Origin: Planctomycetota bacterium
GTDB taxonomy: Bacteria; Planctomycetota; UBA11346
DNA length: 64,000 bases
Direction of reading: 5' to 3'
Assembly: GCA_038231435.1 (NCBI GenBank)
Contig: JBBRLJ010000025.1
Location: 1-64,000 of the forward strand
The translations under genes were made by a program, and so were the position numbers. The notes under the pieces are model-generated. The model was not told the DNA's origin. It made no database searches and worked only from the letters and a program-made list of their open reading frames with translations. Shown piece by piece: positions 48,350 to 62,521 of this stretch. The number at the start of each line of letters is the position of its first letter. Positions within the stretch are counted from its first letter, which is position 1.

Positions 48350-49950
48350 CGCGCGCTTCCGTTGGAGCTAGCGCGCGCGGCGACGCGGCTCGCGCGCGCG
48401 AGGCGGGCGGCCTCACGGTAGTGGCCCTGCGCGGCGGTGGTCCAGGAGCGCATCAGCGTCAGGCTCGCCGGCGGTCCCTGGTTGATGAGATCGAGGTTGG
48501 CCTTCGCGTCGGCGTAGCCGAACGGCATCCAGGTGAACTCCGCCCACGCGGCGGGGACCGCCTCGGGTCCGCCCGCGGCGATGATCGCGCTCCAGGCATC
48601 GATCAGCTCCTCGCGCGGGTCGAGGATTGCCGCCCGGGTCAGCGGCCCGATCAGCCTGTAGAGCTTCGAGGTCCATTCGGGATGGTAGGTGAAGCTGGCG
48701 GCGAGCGCGAATGGATCGACGTCGGGATCGCTCATGCGCGCGCGGTCGGCAGAGGTATACACGTCCCTGCGCACCGCCATGCGCCGCATGGCGTAGCGGA
48801 TCGGTCCGCCCGGTTCGCCGACCTTGTAGTCCCACAGCCGCTGTCCCTCGGGCGACAGCACGAAGCGGATGAAGGCCTTGGCGAGATCCGCATGCGGTGC
48901 GCCGCGCAGCATCGAGATGGGGTCTGCCGAGATCGAGGTGCCGCCTGTAGGCGCCGCGAATACCAGGCGCTCGGTGCCGCCACTCTGCTCACCCGAATAC
49001 TCGGCCTCGGCCTTGGCGTGGAAATCGATGCAGATGGCGGCGGTGGCGTCGCCGCGCACCACGTCGCGCACTGCCTTCGAGGCGCCGTCGCTGAGCGCGC
49101 GCGCATTGCCGGCGATGCGCTTGATCAGCACGAACGCGTCAGCCCAGCCCTGCGCCAGTCTCGCCGGCGTCGGCTCGCCGGCCGAGGCCTCGGCCATGCG
49201 CTGCTGGATCAGCCGCTCGAGCGCCGAGACGATCGCCGCCGAGCGGGTCGGATCGACCATGGTGATCTGTCCGAGGAAACGCGCTTCGCCGAGATCCGCC
49301 CAGGCACGCGGCTGGTCTGGCGGCGTCAGCAGCGCCAGGCGATCGGGGCTCGAGCAGATGCCGAAGGCGCTGAAGCACGCGCCATAGTAGCGGCCCTGCT
49401 TGTCGTAGACGGTCTCCCCGCTGAGCTTCTGCGGGATGACCTCATCCGTGAACCATTCCGGCTTCTCGCGCAGCATCCCGGCGTCGACCAGGAAACCCTT
49501 GTCGGCGAAATCCGCGTGCGGGAGCAGGCCGCCCCCCCACCACAGATCCATGCCGACGCTGGTCTCGGAGGCGAGGAAGGTCATGCGCCCCAGCTTCTGC
49601 TCGTCGCTGGCGGTCGATCCTGGAGCGTCGACCTTGGCGTCATTGAACGCCGCGAGCGCCTCGGTCGACAGCTCGTGGTGCGCCTGCCGGAAATTGCCGC
49701 GGTAGGTCTCCTCGAGCAGTCTGGTGATATCGCTGGTGCCGCCGGGCGTGCGCCAATCGATCTCGACCGAGAAGCCCAGCTCCTTCGACGCCCAGATGCC
49801 GAAGGCGCGGCCGAATTCCGAGCGCGTCGATTCGCCATGCGGCGAGATGATCACCAGCGTACGCGCGACGCCCTGGGGCGGATGCGGGCGGAGCACGATC
49901 GGCGCCACCAGCAGCAGGACGATCGCGGCGACTGCGGCGACGGCTTTCAC
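48346..49950 (-). CDS. ABC transporter substrate-binding protein (Fe3+/thiamine-like family)
   Basis: LVIISPH, D..WGGG, DP..S, D....L.GAP...LA..FI.F.LS.EGQ. Confidence 0.8.
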   Translation of the reverse strand: MKAVAAVAAIVLLLVAPIVLRPHPPQGVARTLVIISPHGESTRSEFGRAFGIWASKELGFSVEIDWRTPGGTSDITRLLEETYRGNFRQAHHELSTEALAAFNDAKVDAPGSTASDEQKLGRMTFLASETSVGMDLWWGGGLLPHADFADKGFLVDAGMLREKPEWFTDEVIPQKLSGETVYDKQGRYYGACFSAFGICSSPDRLALLTPPDQPRAWADLGEARFLGQITMVDPTRSAAIVSALERLIQQRMAEASAGEPTPARLAQGWADAFVLIKRIAGNARALSDGASKAVRDVVRGDATAAICIDFHAKAEAEYSGEQSGGTERLVFAAPTGGTSISADPISMLRGAPHADLAKAFIRFVLSPEGQRLWDYKVGEPGGPIRYAMRRMAVRRDVYTSADRARMSDPDVDPFALAASFTYHPEWTSKLYRLIGPLTRAAILDPREELIDAWSAIIAAGGPEAVPAAWAEFTWMPFGYADAKANLDLINQGPPASLTLMRSWTTAAQGHYREAARLARASRVAARASSNGSAR

Positions 49951-49960
49951 GCGAGAGCCT

Positions 49961-51010
49961 TCATGCCGGCAGCACCACCACGTCGTCGGGCGACACCGTC
50001 AACGAGAGGCGGTCGCCGACCGCGCGCGCCGGCGGCGACGGCTCGTTCACCGTCAGCGGCGTGCCATCGTCGGTGACCAGGCGCCATTGACCGTACGCGC
50101 CGAGATAGCTGCTCTCGACAATGGTGGCGCTTATGCGGTTGGCGGCCGCGCCCGGATCGATGCGCAGGCGCTCGGGACGGATGCACACCGTCACGTGGTC
50201 GTCCTGCTTGAGCCCCGGGGGCATCGCCGCCGCCGTGAGCGTCGCCATGGCGAAGCGCACGCGGCCAGGGCCGCCGATGAAGCCCGACAGCAGATTGGCT
50301 TCGCCGACGAACTGCGCGACCGCGCGCGTGGCCGGCCGTTCATAGAGGTCGCGCGGGGTGCCGACTTGAGCGACCGCGCCGTTCACCAGCAGCGCGATGC
50401 GATCCGCGGTCGACAACGCCTCGGATTGGTCGTGAGTGACGTAGAGCGCGGTGACGCCAGCGGCCTTGCACACCCGCCTGATCTCGGCGCGCATCGCCAC
50501 GCGCAGGCGCGCGTCGAGATTCGAGAGCGGCTCGTCCAGCAGCAGCACCTGCGGCTTGATGACGATGGCGCGCGCCAGCGCCACGCGCTGCTGCTGCCCG
50601 CCCGACAATTCTGCGATGCGGCGCTCGCCGTAGTCCGGCAGCTCGACCAGGGCCAGGGCCTCCTCGACGCGCGCGCGCTTCTCGGGAGCCGGCACGCGGC
50701 GCACATCGAGCCCGAAGGCCACGTTCTCGGCGACGGTCAGGTGCGGCCACAGGGCGTAGTTCTGGAAGACCATGCCGATGCCGCGTTCCTCGGCGGGCAG
50801 CCGGGTGACGTCGCGGTCGCCGAAATGCACGGTTCCCGAATCCGGGGTCAGGAAGCCCGCGACCAGTCGCAGCAGGGTGGTCTTGCCGCAGCCACTTGCC
50901 CCGAGCAGGAAGAACATCTCCCCCTGCTGGACGTCGAGATCGACGCGGTCGAGCACCAACGTCTTACCATCATAGCTCTTGGATACCGACTTGATGCCGA
51001 CCGCGATCAT
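49961..51010 (-). CDS. ABC transporter ATP-binding protein (PotA/FbpC-like)
   Basis: GASGCGKT, LSGGQQQR, LLLDEP. Confidence 0.93.
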   Translation of the reverse strand: MIAVGIKSVSKSYDGKTLVLDRVDLDVQQGEMFFLLGASGCGKTTLLRLVAGFLTPDSGTVHFGDRDVTRLPAEERGIGMVFQNYALWPHLTVAENVAFGLDVRRVPAPEKRARVEEALALVELPDYGERRIAELSGGQQQRVALARAIVIKPQVLLLDEPLSNLDARLRVAMRAEIRRVCKAAGVTALYVTHDQSEALSTADRIALLVNGAVAQVGTPRDLYERPATRAVAQFVGEANLLSGFIGGPGRVRFAMATLTAAAMPPGLKQDDHVTVCIRPERLRIDPGAAANRISATIVESSYLGAYGQWRLVTDDGTPLTVNEPSPPARAVGDRLSLTVSPDDVVVLPA

Positions 51011-51140
51011 GGCGGGGAGCTTGAGAGAGGGATGGAAGGGTCAATGCGGGGGATGGAGGCAGGAGAAGGAAGAAGAGGGAAGAGTAACGGAAGTGTCGGA
51101 CTCTCCGGCGTCAGCCGTCAAAACCCCCTGCTCCCCGCCT

Positions 51141-51230
51141 CCCAGGGGGTCAGGTCGGCAGGCCGTTAGAAGGGGGGCCGTAGCCCCCCTTGATGAAGCC
51201 CCTTGATGAAGCGTAGCCCCCCTTGATGGA
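51141..51230 (-). repeat. REP-like hairpin element, copy 3, with adjacent CCCCTTGATG direct repeats
   Basis: Minus strand GGGGGGCTACGGCCCCCC...GGCCTGCCGACCTGACCCCCTG. Confidence 0.65.
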
Positions 51231-51330
51231 GCGTGCCGACCCGCTACGGTTCCGCCCTCTACGACGCGGAGCAGCGACAACGCAACGCCCTCCGGGTCTC
51301 TCCCAGCAACCCCTCACAGGAACGCGTGCC

Positions 51331-51606
51331 ATGACCATGAACAAAGAACGCAAGGGCTCCCTCATCAAGGAGTTCGGCGGAAGCGACAAGAACACGGGCT
51401 CGGCGGCGGTGCAGATCGCGCTGCTCAGCGAGCGCATCAACCACCTCACCGAGCATCTCAAGGGCCACCAGAAGGACTTCCACAGCCGGCGCGGCCTGCT
51501 GATGATGGTCGCCAAGCGCCAGAAGTTGCTCAAGTTCATCAACAAGACCAACGTCGAAGAATACCGCAAACTGACCGAGAAGCTCGGCATCCGCCAAAAA
51601 CTCTGA
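51331..51606 (+). CDS. rpsO: 30S ribosomal protein S15
   Basis: TGS..VQIALL..RI.HLT.HL..H.KD.HSRRGLL. Confidence 0.97.
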   Translation: MTMNKERKGSLIKEFGGSDKNTGSAAVQIALLSERINHLTEHLKGHQKDFHSRRGLLMMVAKRQKLLKFINKTNVEEYRKLTEKLGIRQKL

Positions 51607-51613
51607 TTTTCAA

Positions 51614-51647
51614 CCGGCCGGCGCGCAAGCGCCGGCCGGATTCTTTT
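51614..51647 (+). terminator. Intrinsic terminator/attenuator after rpsO
   Basis: CCGGCCGGCGC-GCAA-GCGCCGGCCGG then ATTCTTTT. Confidence 0.7.
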
Positions 51648-51832
51648 ACAACATCAACGGATCTCACACTCAACCAACCGCCGTTTCCCCGCCCCTTTCC
51701 AGACAGCCGCCGAGCCGCTTGGCTTCCCAAGCCCGCGATCGACCGCCCTCTGGACAGGCACATGGGAAGCGGCCTTCGGGCCCATCGCTGGGCCCTGCCC
51801 GAGGCGCCACGCCGCGGGCGAAACAGGACCCC

Positions 51833-54112
<2,280 letters not shown>

Positions 54113-54158
54113 CATCGAAGCGGCACGGCGGCAACGCCGGGCCAGTACCAGGTTCTCG

Positions 54159-54200
54159 AGCGGGGTCGGCAATCGCCGACCCCGCTTTCTGTTTTTTTTT
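54159..54200 (+). terminator. Intrinsic terminator after pnp
   Basis: AGCGGGGTCGGC-AATC-GCCGACCCCGCT followed by a T-tract. Confidence 0.85.
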
Positions 54201-54247
54201 GGGGGGGGGCTTCGGCCCCCAACATCGGCATCCGGCCTGCCCCCAGA
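54199..54247 (+). repeat. REP-like hairpin element, copy 4
   Basis: GGGGGCTTCGGCCCCCAACATCGGCATCCGGCCTGCCCCCAG. Confidence 0.75.
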
Positions 54248-54305
54248 AGACGGGGAGCTGGGCTGAAAAACGTGGCCATGCCTTCGGCTCCCCGTGCGCC
54301 TTGCG

Positions 54306-55274
54306 CTACGGCATCGACTTTCCTCTACCCGCCACGTGCAGCGCGTACCACTCCTCGCGGCTGAGTTCGACTCCATCCCCCGCGCATGCCGCGGTGATGC
54401 GCGCGGGATCGGTCGAACCCACGATCGGCTGGATACGGGCTGGATGGCGCAACAGCCAGGCGATGACGATCGCCTCGGCCGGCACGCCTTTCCGCGCGGC
54501 GATGGCGCCGACCACGCGCGCGAGTTCAAGATCGCGTGCGCTCGCGCCCGCGCCGGTGGCGCCGAGCGCGCGTCCGCGGCCGAGCGGGCTCCAGGCCTGG
54601 ATGGCGATGCCATGGAGCCGGCAATAGTCGAGCGTGCCATCGGCGCCGAAGGAATGGGCGGACTGGTTCGCCACCACGCCGGCATCGATCAGGTGCGCGT
54701 GCACCAGGCTGAGCTCGAGCTGGTTGACCACCAACGGCTGGCGCAGGTGGCGGCGTAGCAGCTCGATCTGCAGCGGCGAATGGTTGCTGACGCCGAACTG
54801 GCGGACCTTGCCTGACTTGGTCAGGTCGTCGAACGCGCGCGCGACTTCCTCGGGCTCGACCAGGGCGTCTGGGCGATGCAGCAGGTAGACGTCGAGATAC
54901 GAGGTGCCCAGGCGGCGCAGGGTGCCCTCGCACGAGGCGACGATATGGCCGTGGCTGAAATCGTAGCGTGCGGTGGCTTCGGCGTTCGGATCGCCGGCGA
55001 AGCGGATGCCGCACTTCGACTGGATGATCAGCGCCTCGCGCTTGGCGCCGATCTCGGCGATGGCCGCAGCGAACACCGACTCCGATTTGCCACGGCAATA
55101 GATGTCGGCGTGGTCGAAGAAATCCACGCCGGCGTCGATGGCCGCGCGCAGCGCCGCGACCGCGCGGGTCCGCTCGGCGGCTCCGGGAACCTCGGAACCC
55201 CAGCCACCGCCCAACGGCATGCAGCCGTAAGCGATGCGCGAGGTGGTGGCCGATCCGATGGCGAGGGTCTTCAT
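54306..55274 (-). CDS. Aldo/keto reductase (YdhF-like)
   Basis: FDHADIY, QSKCG, DVYLLHRPD, GVSN, QAWSPL. Confidence 0.92.
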   Translation of the reverse strand: MKTLAIGSATTSRIAYGCMPLGGGWGSEVPGAAERTRAVAALRAAIDAGVDFFDHADIYCRGKSESVFAAAIAEIGAKREALIIQSKCGIRFAGDPNAEATARYDFSHGHIVASCEGTLRRLGTSYLDVYLLHRPDALVEPEEVARAFDDLTKSGKVRQFGVSNHSPLQIELLRRHLRQPLVVNQLELSLVHAHLIDAGVVANQSAHSFGADGTLDYCRLHGIAIQAWSPLGRGRALGATGAGASARDLELARVVGAIAARKGVPAEAIVIAWLLRHPARIQPIVGSTDPARITAACAGDGVELSREEWYALHVAGRGKSMP

Positions 55275-55440
55275 GCCACACGGCATAGCGGATCCTCCGC
55301 GCTGGGAAGCGCGGTGCGTAAAACCGGGAGCGCAGGGCCGGGCATGCCATTACGCACGCGCTCCTCGCTTCTCCCTTCGATCTTCCCTATTCGATCCTCT
55401 AACTTCTCATTTCCTGCTCTCCGCTATCCGTTCCCCAGCC

Positions 55441-56040
55441 TCAGGGCTTCTTACCCCTCCTCTGCTCGGTGCGATGCGAAGGCTCGCCGCGCGGCGCGAC
55501 CATGCCCTGGTGCTTCAGTCGGCGGCGATCGAAGCCGGGATGATGCGCCGCGAGCGTGCGACGCGTCAGGCGGTTGTGCTCGCGCTCGAGCGGCGGGGAC
55601 CACGGATGCACCTGCGGACGCGCGCGTTCGAGCAGATCCGCGATCGATAGCGATCCCACCGCCGTCACCGGCTGCGAGGGTGCGGCGGTCGCCGGTGCCT
55701 CAGCGTCGCGTGGCGCTCCGCCCCTGACTTCGCGCGCGAGCGGCGCGACCGCGGAGAGGCCGGCCGATGATTGGCCGCGCTTCAGGGCTTTCACCGGCTT
55801 CTTGGCCGGCTTGGAAACCCTGGCAGAAACCGCGCGTGCCGGCTTCTTCGCTTTCGACGCGAGCTTGGCCTTGGCCCTGGCTTTGACCGGTTTCTTGGCC
55901 GGCTTCGGGGCGGATTTCCGCGACACCGGCTTGGTCTTGTTGGACTTGGCCTTGGACTTGCTGCCGACGGTCTTGGTTGACGATTTTGCCTTCGCTGTCG
56001 ACGCTGCGGACGGACGACGGGCGCGCGATGTATATGCCAT
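55441..56040 (-). CDS. Lys/Ala-rich basic protein, histone H1-like N-terminus
   Basis: KPAKKPVKA-type repeats; AGGAG RBS upstream. Confidence 0.6.
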   Translation of the reverse strand: MAYTSRARRPSAASTAKAKSSTKTVGSKSKAKSNKTKPVSRKSAPKPAKKPVKARAKAKLASKAKKPARAVSARVSKPAKKPVKALKRGQSSAGLSAVAPLAREVRGGAPRDAEAPATAAPSQPVTAVGSLSIADLLERARPQVHPWSPPLEREHNRLTRRTLAAHHPGFDRRRLKHQGMVAPRGEPSHRTEQRRGKKP

Positions 56041-56386
56041 GGGGTCTCCTGAGGGGTCAGGCGCAGGGTAACCACCGGGACAAGCGTTCCCAAGTCCCGA
56101 ATCCCAGAGCCTGACGTCAGTGGCTCACCCCGCGGCCTGGATGAGGTCAGAGGGAGCAGCGGCAGCGAAGTCGCAACCGCCTGCATCCACAGGAGGTCAT
56201 ACCTGCGTCGGGGGATGCCGCTGGGGCGACATGGTGGTAATCTACCAGCATTGGATGTCGTGGGCAATTGTCGACAGAACGCCGAATGGATACGAATCCA
56301 CCAGCACCGAGCACCGCGTCCATCGCCATCACCCGCGCCATCACCGCAATCACCGCGCACACGCCACGCACGAAGAAGGAATCCCC

Positions 56387-57232
56387 ATGATCACCCCCCA
56401 GCAGAAAGCCTTCTTCGACACCTTCGGCTACCTCGCGCTGCCGGGTATCCTCGCTCAGGACATCGGCTGGATCATCGATCATTTCGAGGCGGTGTGGCGC
56501 GCGCGCCCGGACATCGTCCATGACGGCAGCCAGCGCACCATCTTCCCCGAGATCTTCATCTCCGCCGACGAACGGCTATCGACGCTGGTCGAGGATCCAC
56601 GCATCGTCGACATCTGCACCTCCCTGCTCGGTGACGGTTACACCCTCGCTGGTGGTGACGGCAATTACTACTCGGGCGACACCTCGTGGCATTCGGACGT
56701 CATGGACGGTACCTGGGATTCCAAGAGCCGCGTCCGCCACCTGAAGATCGCTTTCTACCTCGATCACGTCACCCGCGACACCGGCGCACTGCGTGTCATC
56801 CCCGGCAGCCATCTGCACGGCGACGCCTACAGCCGGATGCTCAACGAGCAGGTGTGGAACCCGGAGCGGGACCTGGGGGTAGGACAGCGCGACCTCCCCT
56901 GCGTGGCGCTCGACAGCGTCCCCGGCGACCTGGTGCTCTTCGACCACCGCACCAAGCACGCGGCATACGGCGGCGGCAACCGCCGGCGCATGTTCACCAC
57001 CAACTGGTTCGCGCCGACGCCCACCGCCGAGGACCGCGAGATCGCGAAGCAGGTGATCCGCTGGTACTGGGACAAGGAGAACGTGCGCGCGCCGTTCCGC
57101 GCCGGCTGGGTGGAGTCCTCGCCACCCGAGCGCCAGCGGCGCTGCCGCAACAACATCGAGTTGTTTGCCGAGGTCGCGGCCGAAAAAACCGCGCTCACCG
57201 AGTCGGCCCGCGAACCAGCGCTCGCGCGCTGA
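56387..57232 (+). CDS. PhyH family Fe(II)/2OG dioxygenase
   Basis: F..FGYL, WHSD, YLD.....GAL.VIPGSH, PGD...FD. Confidence 0.85.
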   Translation: MITPQQKAFFDTFGYLALPGILAQDIGWIIDHFEAVWRARPDIVHDGSQRTIFPEIFISADERLSTLVEDPRIVDICTSLLGDGYTLAGGDGNYYSGDTSWHSDVMDGTWDSKSRVRHLKIAFYLDHVTRDTGALRVIPGSHLHGDAYSRMLNEQVWNPERDLGVGQRDLPCVALDSVPGDLVLFDHRTKHAAYGGGNRRRMFTTNWFAPTPTAEDREIAKQVIRWYWDKENVRAPFRAGWVESSPPERQRRCRNNIELFAEVAAEKTALTESAREPALAR

Positions 57233-57299
57233 AAACGACGCGGCCCACCGCGCCAAGCAAGGGCGTGATGGGCCGGTCGAGGCCTTGGAAGGCCAGTGA

Positions 57300-58937
<1,638 letters not shown>

Positions 58938-59104
58938 GGCGAGGCTCCAGGTGCTCCCACGCGTCTCCGGGGCGCGTTGTGGGAGAGACGAACGATACGG
59001 GGCTATGCTTACGAAGCTAAATGATGACCGAAGCTACATGCAGACCGAGGCCTGGTGGAGGCGACCCCCCTCTCGGAGAGGGAAGCCGCTGGGCCGTGGT
59101 CTGG

Positions 59105-59419
59105 TCAGGAATGCTCGAGCACGAATCGGCGCAGCGCCGGCTCGGGCTGGAATCCGACGGCCTTGGCCACCACCTTGCCGCCCTTGAAGAGCAGCATGGT
59201 GGGAATGCTCTGGACGCCGAACTGCTGGGCGAGCGCTGGTTCCTCGTCGACATTGACCTTGGCCACCACATGGGTGCCGGCCAGTTCGGCGGCGAGCTTC
59301 TCGACCACCGGGCCGACCATGCGGCACGGTCCGCACCACGGGGCCCAGAAGTCGACCAGCACTGGTTTCTCGCCGGCGACGGTCGTTTCGAAGGTTGATT
59401 CGGTCAGGGCGGTGGTCAT
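59105..59419 (-). CDS. trxA: Thioredoxin
   Basis: VLVDFWAPWCGPC, SIPT. Confidence 0.95.
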   Translation of the reverse strand: MTTALTESTFETTVAGEKPVLVDFWAPWCGPCRMVGPVVEKLAAELAGTHVVAKVNVDEEPALAQQFGVQSIPTMLLFKGGKVVAKAVGFQPEPALRRFVLEHS

Positions 59420-59600
59420 GGCTGCCTCCATGGATCGTGTTGAAAGGGGAGAGTCGTGGACTCCGAGCACACCGCGTGCCTAAGTCCATACGGCGTAGAT
59501 GGGTCGGCGGATGTGCGTAGGGGCGTCGTGTCGGACCTGCGAAGCGGGCGCGAGCAGGCCCGATGAGGGCCCTCGGGGGCCGGGATCAGTGTAAAGATGG

Positions 59601-59616
59601 ATAGATGATCATCTAT
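59601..59616. promoter_or_regulatory. Perfect palindrome ATAGATGATCATCTAT, candidate ArsR-family operator
   Basis: AT-rich 16-bp palindrome between the ArsR gene and trxA. Confidence 0.55.
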
Positions 59617-59693
59617 GCCTACCGGAGTCCGCTTGGACAGGCTCAGCGGACAGGTTTCAGGCTAAGCCCGCGCGAGGAATCCCAGAGGGTGCG

Positions 59694-60035
59694 TCACTTC
59701 GCCTTGGTCGTAGCGGCCCGTTTCCTGGGGGCCGCGAGGTGCATCCGGCGGTTGAGGTCCGCGACGTACCCGGCCATGGTCTCGGGGCGGAAACGGAAGT
59801 AGGCGAATTGGCCATCCTTGCGTCTCGAGATGAGCTCCGCCGAGACCAGCTCCTTGAGATGATGCGAGATCGTTGCCTGGGTCAGCTCGAACCTGCCGCA
59901 GACCTCCGAGCAGCACAGTTCTCCCGCCTCGGCGATCTCCTCGAGGATGCGGCAGCGCTGCGCGTCCGCCAATGCCTTGGATACGCGCGATACCTCGGAT
60001 GGAGAGAGCGCGGATAGCAGTGAGGACGCGGGCAT
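59694..60035 (-). CDS. ArsR/SmtB family transcriptional regulator
   Basis: KALAD..R..IL, ELCC, TQATISHHLK.L. Confidence 0.9.
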   Translation of the reverse strand: MPASSLLSALSPSEVSRVSKALADAQRCRILEEIAEAGELCCSEVCGRFELTQATISHHLKELVSAELISRRKDGQFAYFRFRPETMAGYVADLNRRMHLAAPRKRAATTKAK

Positions 60036-60040
60036 GGCGG

Positions 60041-60064
60041 AAGGATATATAGATATCCTTCGAT
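60041..60064. promoter_or_regulatory. Imperfect palindrome just upstream of the ArsR gene, candidate autoregulatory operator
   Basis: AAGGATAT-ATAG-ATATCCTT, overlapping ATAGAT-N4-TTCGAT. Confidence 0.5.
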
Positions 60065-60118
60065 GCGTTCCGGTCAACCGATTCCGTCCGATGCCGCTCT
60101 CCGGCCGGCCAGGCACCG

Positions 60119-60616
60119 TCACGGCGAGGGCGGCTGCTTGCTCAGCGCCTCGAGCTGGTCGAGCAGCTGGACGAGTTCCGCGCGTGCGGTCGCGGCCTTG
60201 GCGCGCAGCGATGCGTATTCGGCGGTATTGTGGTCGATCCGGGCCTGCATGTCGTCGACCTGCTTGCGCGTCGCTTCGGCGATGGCATTGGCCTTGGCCC
60301 AGGCGGGCGAACCCTTGTCGAGCGCTGACAATGCCTGCAGCTCGTCGAGGTAGCGGTCGCGCAGGCCTTGTCGCTTCTCGGCGTCGCCTGGCTTGCTGCC
60401 GAACAGCGCCGAGCTGGTCGACGCGATGTCGCCGGAGAGCGTCTTCATGCGTTCCGCCAACTCGTCGCTCTCCTTGCCGAGCTTTTCGATGCCACGGGTA
60501 ATCTCGGGCAATGAGGCGCTGTCCGCTGGTTCTGGTTGCGGGCCGGTTTCGTCCTGCGCCCGGCAGCACGAGCACGCCGCGATCAACGCCACCACCAGAC
60601 CGAGGAACTGGTTCAT
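60119..60616 (-). CDS. Hypothetical secreted coiled-coil protein
   Basis: Signal peptide, heptad helical pattern. Confidence 0.6.
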   Translation of the reverse strand: MNQFLGLVVALIAACSCCRAQDETGPQPEPADSASLPEITRGIEKLGKESDELAERMKTLSGDIASTSSALFGSKPGDAEKRQGLRDRYLDELQALSALDKGSPAWAKANAIAEATRKQVDDMQARIDHNTAEYASLRAKAATARAELVQLLDQLEALSKQPPSP

Positions 60617-60879
60617 GGCTGCTCCTGCGCCGGACGCGCCGGCGCGCGCAGCAGGGTCGCCAGGCCGAATCCCACCAGTGCGGCGCCGACCACGCCTGCG
60701 CCCGCGATCATCCAGCGCAGGCCGAGTGGGCCGACCGGGAGCGGCTTGCCGAGATACTCGACGCGCGCCTCGGCGTGGTCTGCGGCCAACTCCGCCGCGT
60801 TCACGCGATAGGCATGGAAGGCGATGCCCAGCACCGCGAATCCGCTCACCACGCGCAGTACCCCTGAGATCGCGCGCAT
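60613..60879 (-). CDS. Hypothetical small membrane protein
   Basis: Two hydrophobic segments; ATGA overlap with the downstream gene. Confidence 0.5.
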   Translation of the reverse strand: MRAISGVLRVVSGFAVLGIAFHAYRVNAAELAADHAEARVEYLGKPLPVGPLGLRWMIAGAGVVGAALVGFGLATLLRAPARPAQEQP

Positions 60880-60983
60880 TCCCGCCCCCTCTTCCATCGT
60901 TCGTCTTTCATCTTCCGCCGGTCTTCCGTCGTCTATCTCGCCGTGGCGCCGACCACCCGACCACACCAGCTTCACCGCCTGGC

Positions 60984-62411
60984 TCAGCGCGATGGTGCCT
61001 TGGCGCCGACGGTTGTGAACCGCCAGGTCTTGGTCCACGGGGTCCCGGCGGCATCGACCTGGAGCATCGCCTGGTAGGTCGAACCCTCGGCGAGCGGCTC
61101 CTTGGCGATCAGGCCCACCACGCACTGGTAGCCGTTGAACGTGGGATCGCCTCCGCTGGTGCCGTCGAACGCGTAGCAGTCGATCGGCGCCTTCGCCGCG
61201 GCGGCGGCCGTGCCGCCCGAGGCCGGGCCAGCCACCAGCGTCAGGCTCGACTTCACGAGCTTCAGCTTGCCGGAAGCGAAATACGCGGTGATCGGGTAGC
61301 CGGCCGAGCGGTCGCCCGCGATGGGATCCGGCATCTCGGGATTGAATCGCAGTGGCACGTCCACCTGCTCGGGCACCGGACACAGGACCGGCCACTCCAC
61401 CTTCTGCGACGAGAGATCGCGGCGCCCGTCGATGCCACCGAAGGCCCCCTCGTAGCCCACGCCGAATCCGCGCGTGAGCGGACGGATCACGTCCTGACGG
61501 TGGTAGAATGTGCCCATCATCATGGCCGCGATGTCTGGGGCGGCGGAGCCCTGGCTGAGGATGCTGTTCATGCCCGACTCGTTGCCGTCGGCCGAGTAGC
61601 CCGTGGCTCCGGCGTCCTCGGGATGGGTCAGCTTGCGGTTCGCGGCCATGTAGCGGCAGTGCTTCTGCAGACTGGCGCTCAGACCCGTGTTCTCGGGGCG
61701 CGGGGTCAGCCCGACAGTGGAACGCGCCTGCTCGATCCCCTGCAGGACACCCAGCGCATCGGGCACGGTGGTCGCGAGCGGCCTGCCCTCTACCTTGGGG
61801 TTCTCGCCCAAGGCTCCGATCGAGAATCCGGTGAGATCGAGCGACGGCGTGCACCAGCGTTCGTCGGGGGCGGGCAGCGGAAACAGGTACGACTGGCCGA
61901 GCCAGCACATGCCGTCGACGCCGGGCTCATTGAAGGTGCCATCTCCATCAACATCGACGAGCGCGACCTGGTCGGGCCCGATCTGCAAGGTCAGCTGCGT
62001 GACATCGCGGTAGGTCCACGCGCCGCCGCCGCCTTTCTCGAAGTAGATGCTCGCCTTGAGATGCGCCTTGGTGGCCGGGTCCTCGAGTGCGATCGTCTGC
62101 ACGCCTTTGCCCACGGATTTGAATGTTCCGTCCTTCTTGAGGTCGAGCTTCAGCTCCTGCTTGCCCTCGGGCCCCTCGAGGTGCGTCGGGATGCTCAGGC
62201 CATGCAAGACGATGGCCTCGCCAACGGGATGGTCGACGTCGCCCATCAGCTGGGTACGGTATCTCGCCTGGGCGGTATCGACGCGCACCTTTACCGCGAT
62301 CGGCTTGTCGCCGTCGTGCGCGGGCAGTGCGGGCTTGGTCGCATCGGCCGCCGCAGCCACGGCGGCGCAGCCCAGGAGCACGATCGGCAGGACACCAGTC
62401 GGGATACGCAT
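60984..62411 (-). CDS. Secreted CAP/SCP-domain protein
   Basis: R...GL.P....L....QKH..YM.....H.E, YHR...I motifs. Confidence 0.65.
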   Translation of the reverse strand: MRIPTGVLPIVLLGCAAVAAAADATKPALPAHDGDKPIAVKVRVDTAQARYRTQLMGDVDHPVGEAIVLHGLSIPTHLEGPEGKQELKLDLKKDGTFKSVGKGVQTIALEDPATKAHLKASIYFEKGGGGAWTYRDVTQLTLQIGPDQVALVDVDGDGTFNEPGVDGMCWLGQSYLFPLPAPDERWCTPSLDLTGFSIGALGENPKVEGRPLATTVPDALGVLQGIEQARSTVGLTPRPENTGLSASLQKHCRYMAANRKLTHPEDAGATGYSADGNESGMNSILSQGSAAPDIAAMMMGTFYHRQDVIRPLTRGFGVGYEGAFGGIDGRRDLSSQKVEWPVLCPVPEQVDVPLRFNPEMPDPIAGDRSAGYPITAYFASGKLKLVKSSLTLVAGPASGGTAAAAAKAPIDCYAFDGTSGGDPTFNGYQCVVGLIAKEPLAEGSTYQAMLQVDAAGTPWTKTWRFTTVGAKAPSR

Positions 62412-62521
62412 CCCTTCAGCGGAGCGCGGAGCCATCCCATGTCCATATGCGGCGCGCGAGGCCTGGGCTGGCGTGTCAGCACGTCGCTGGCGTGGTGTTA
62501 CCGGGCCCAGCCCAGACCGGT

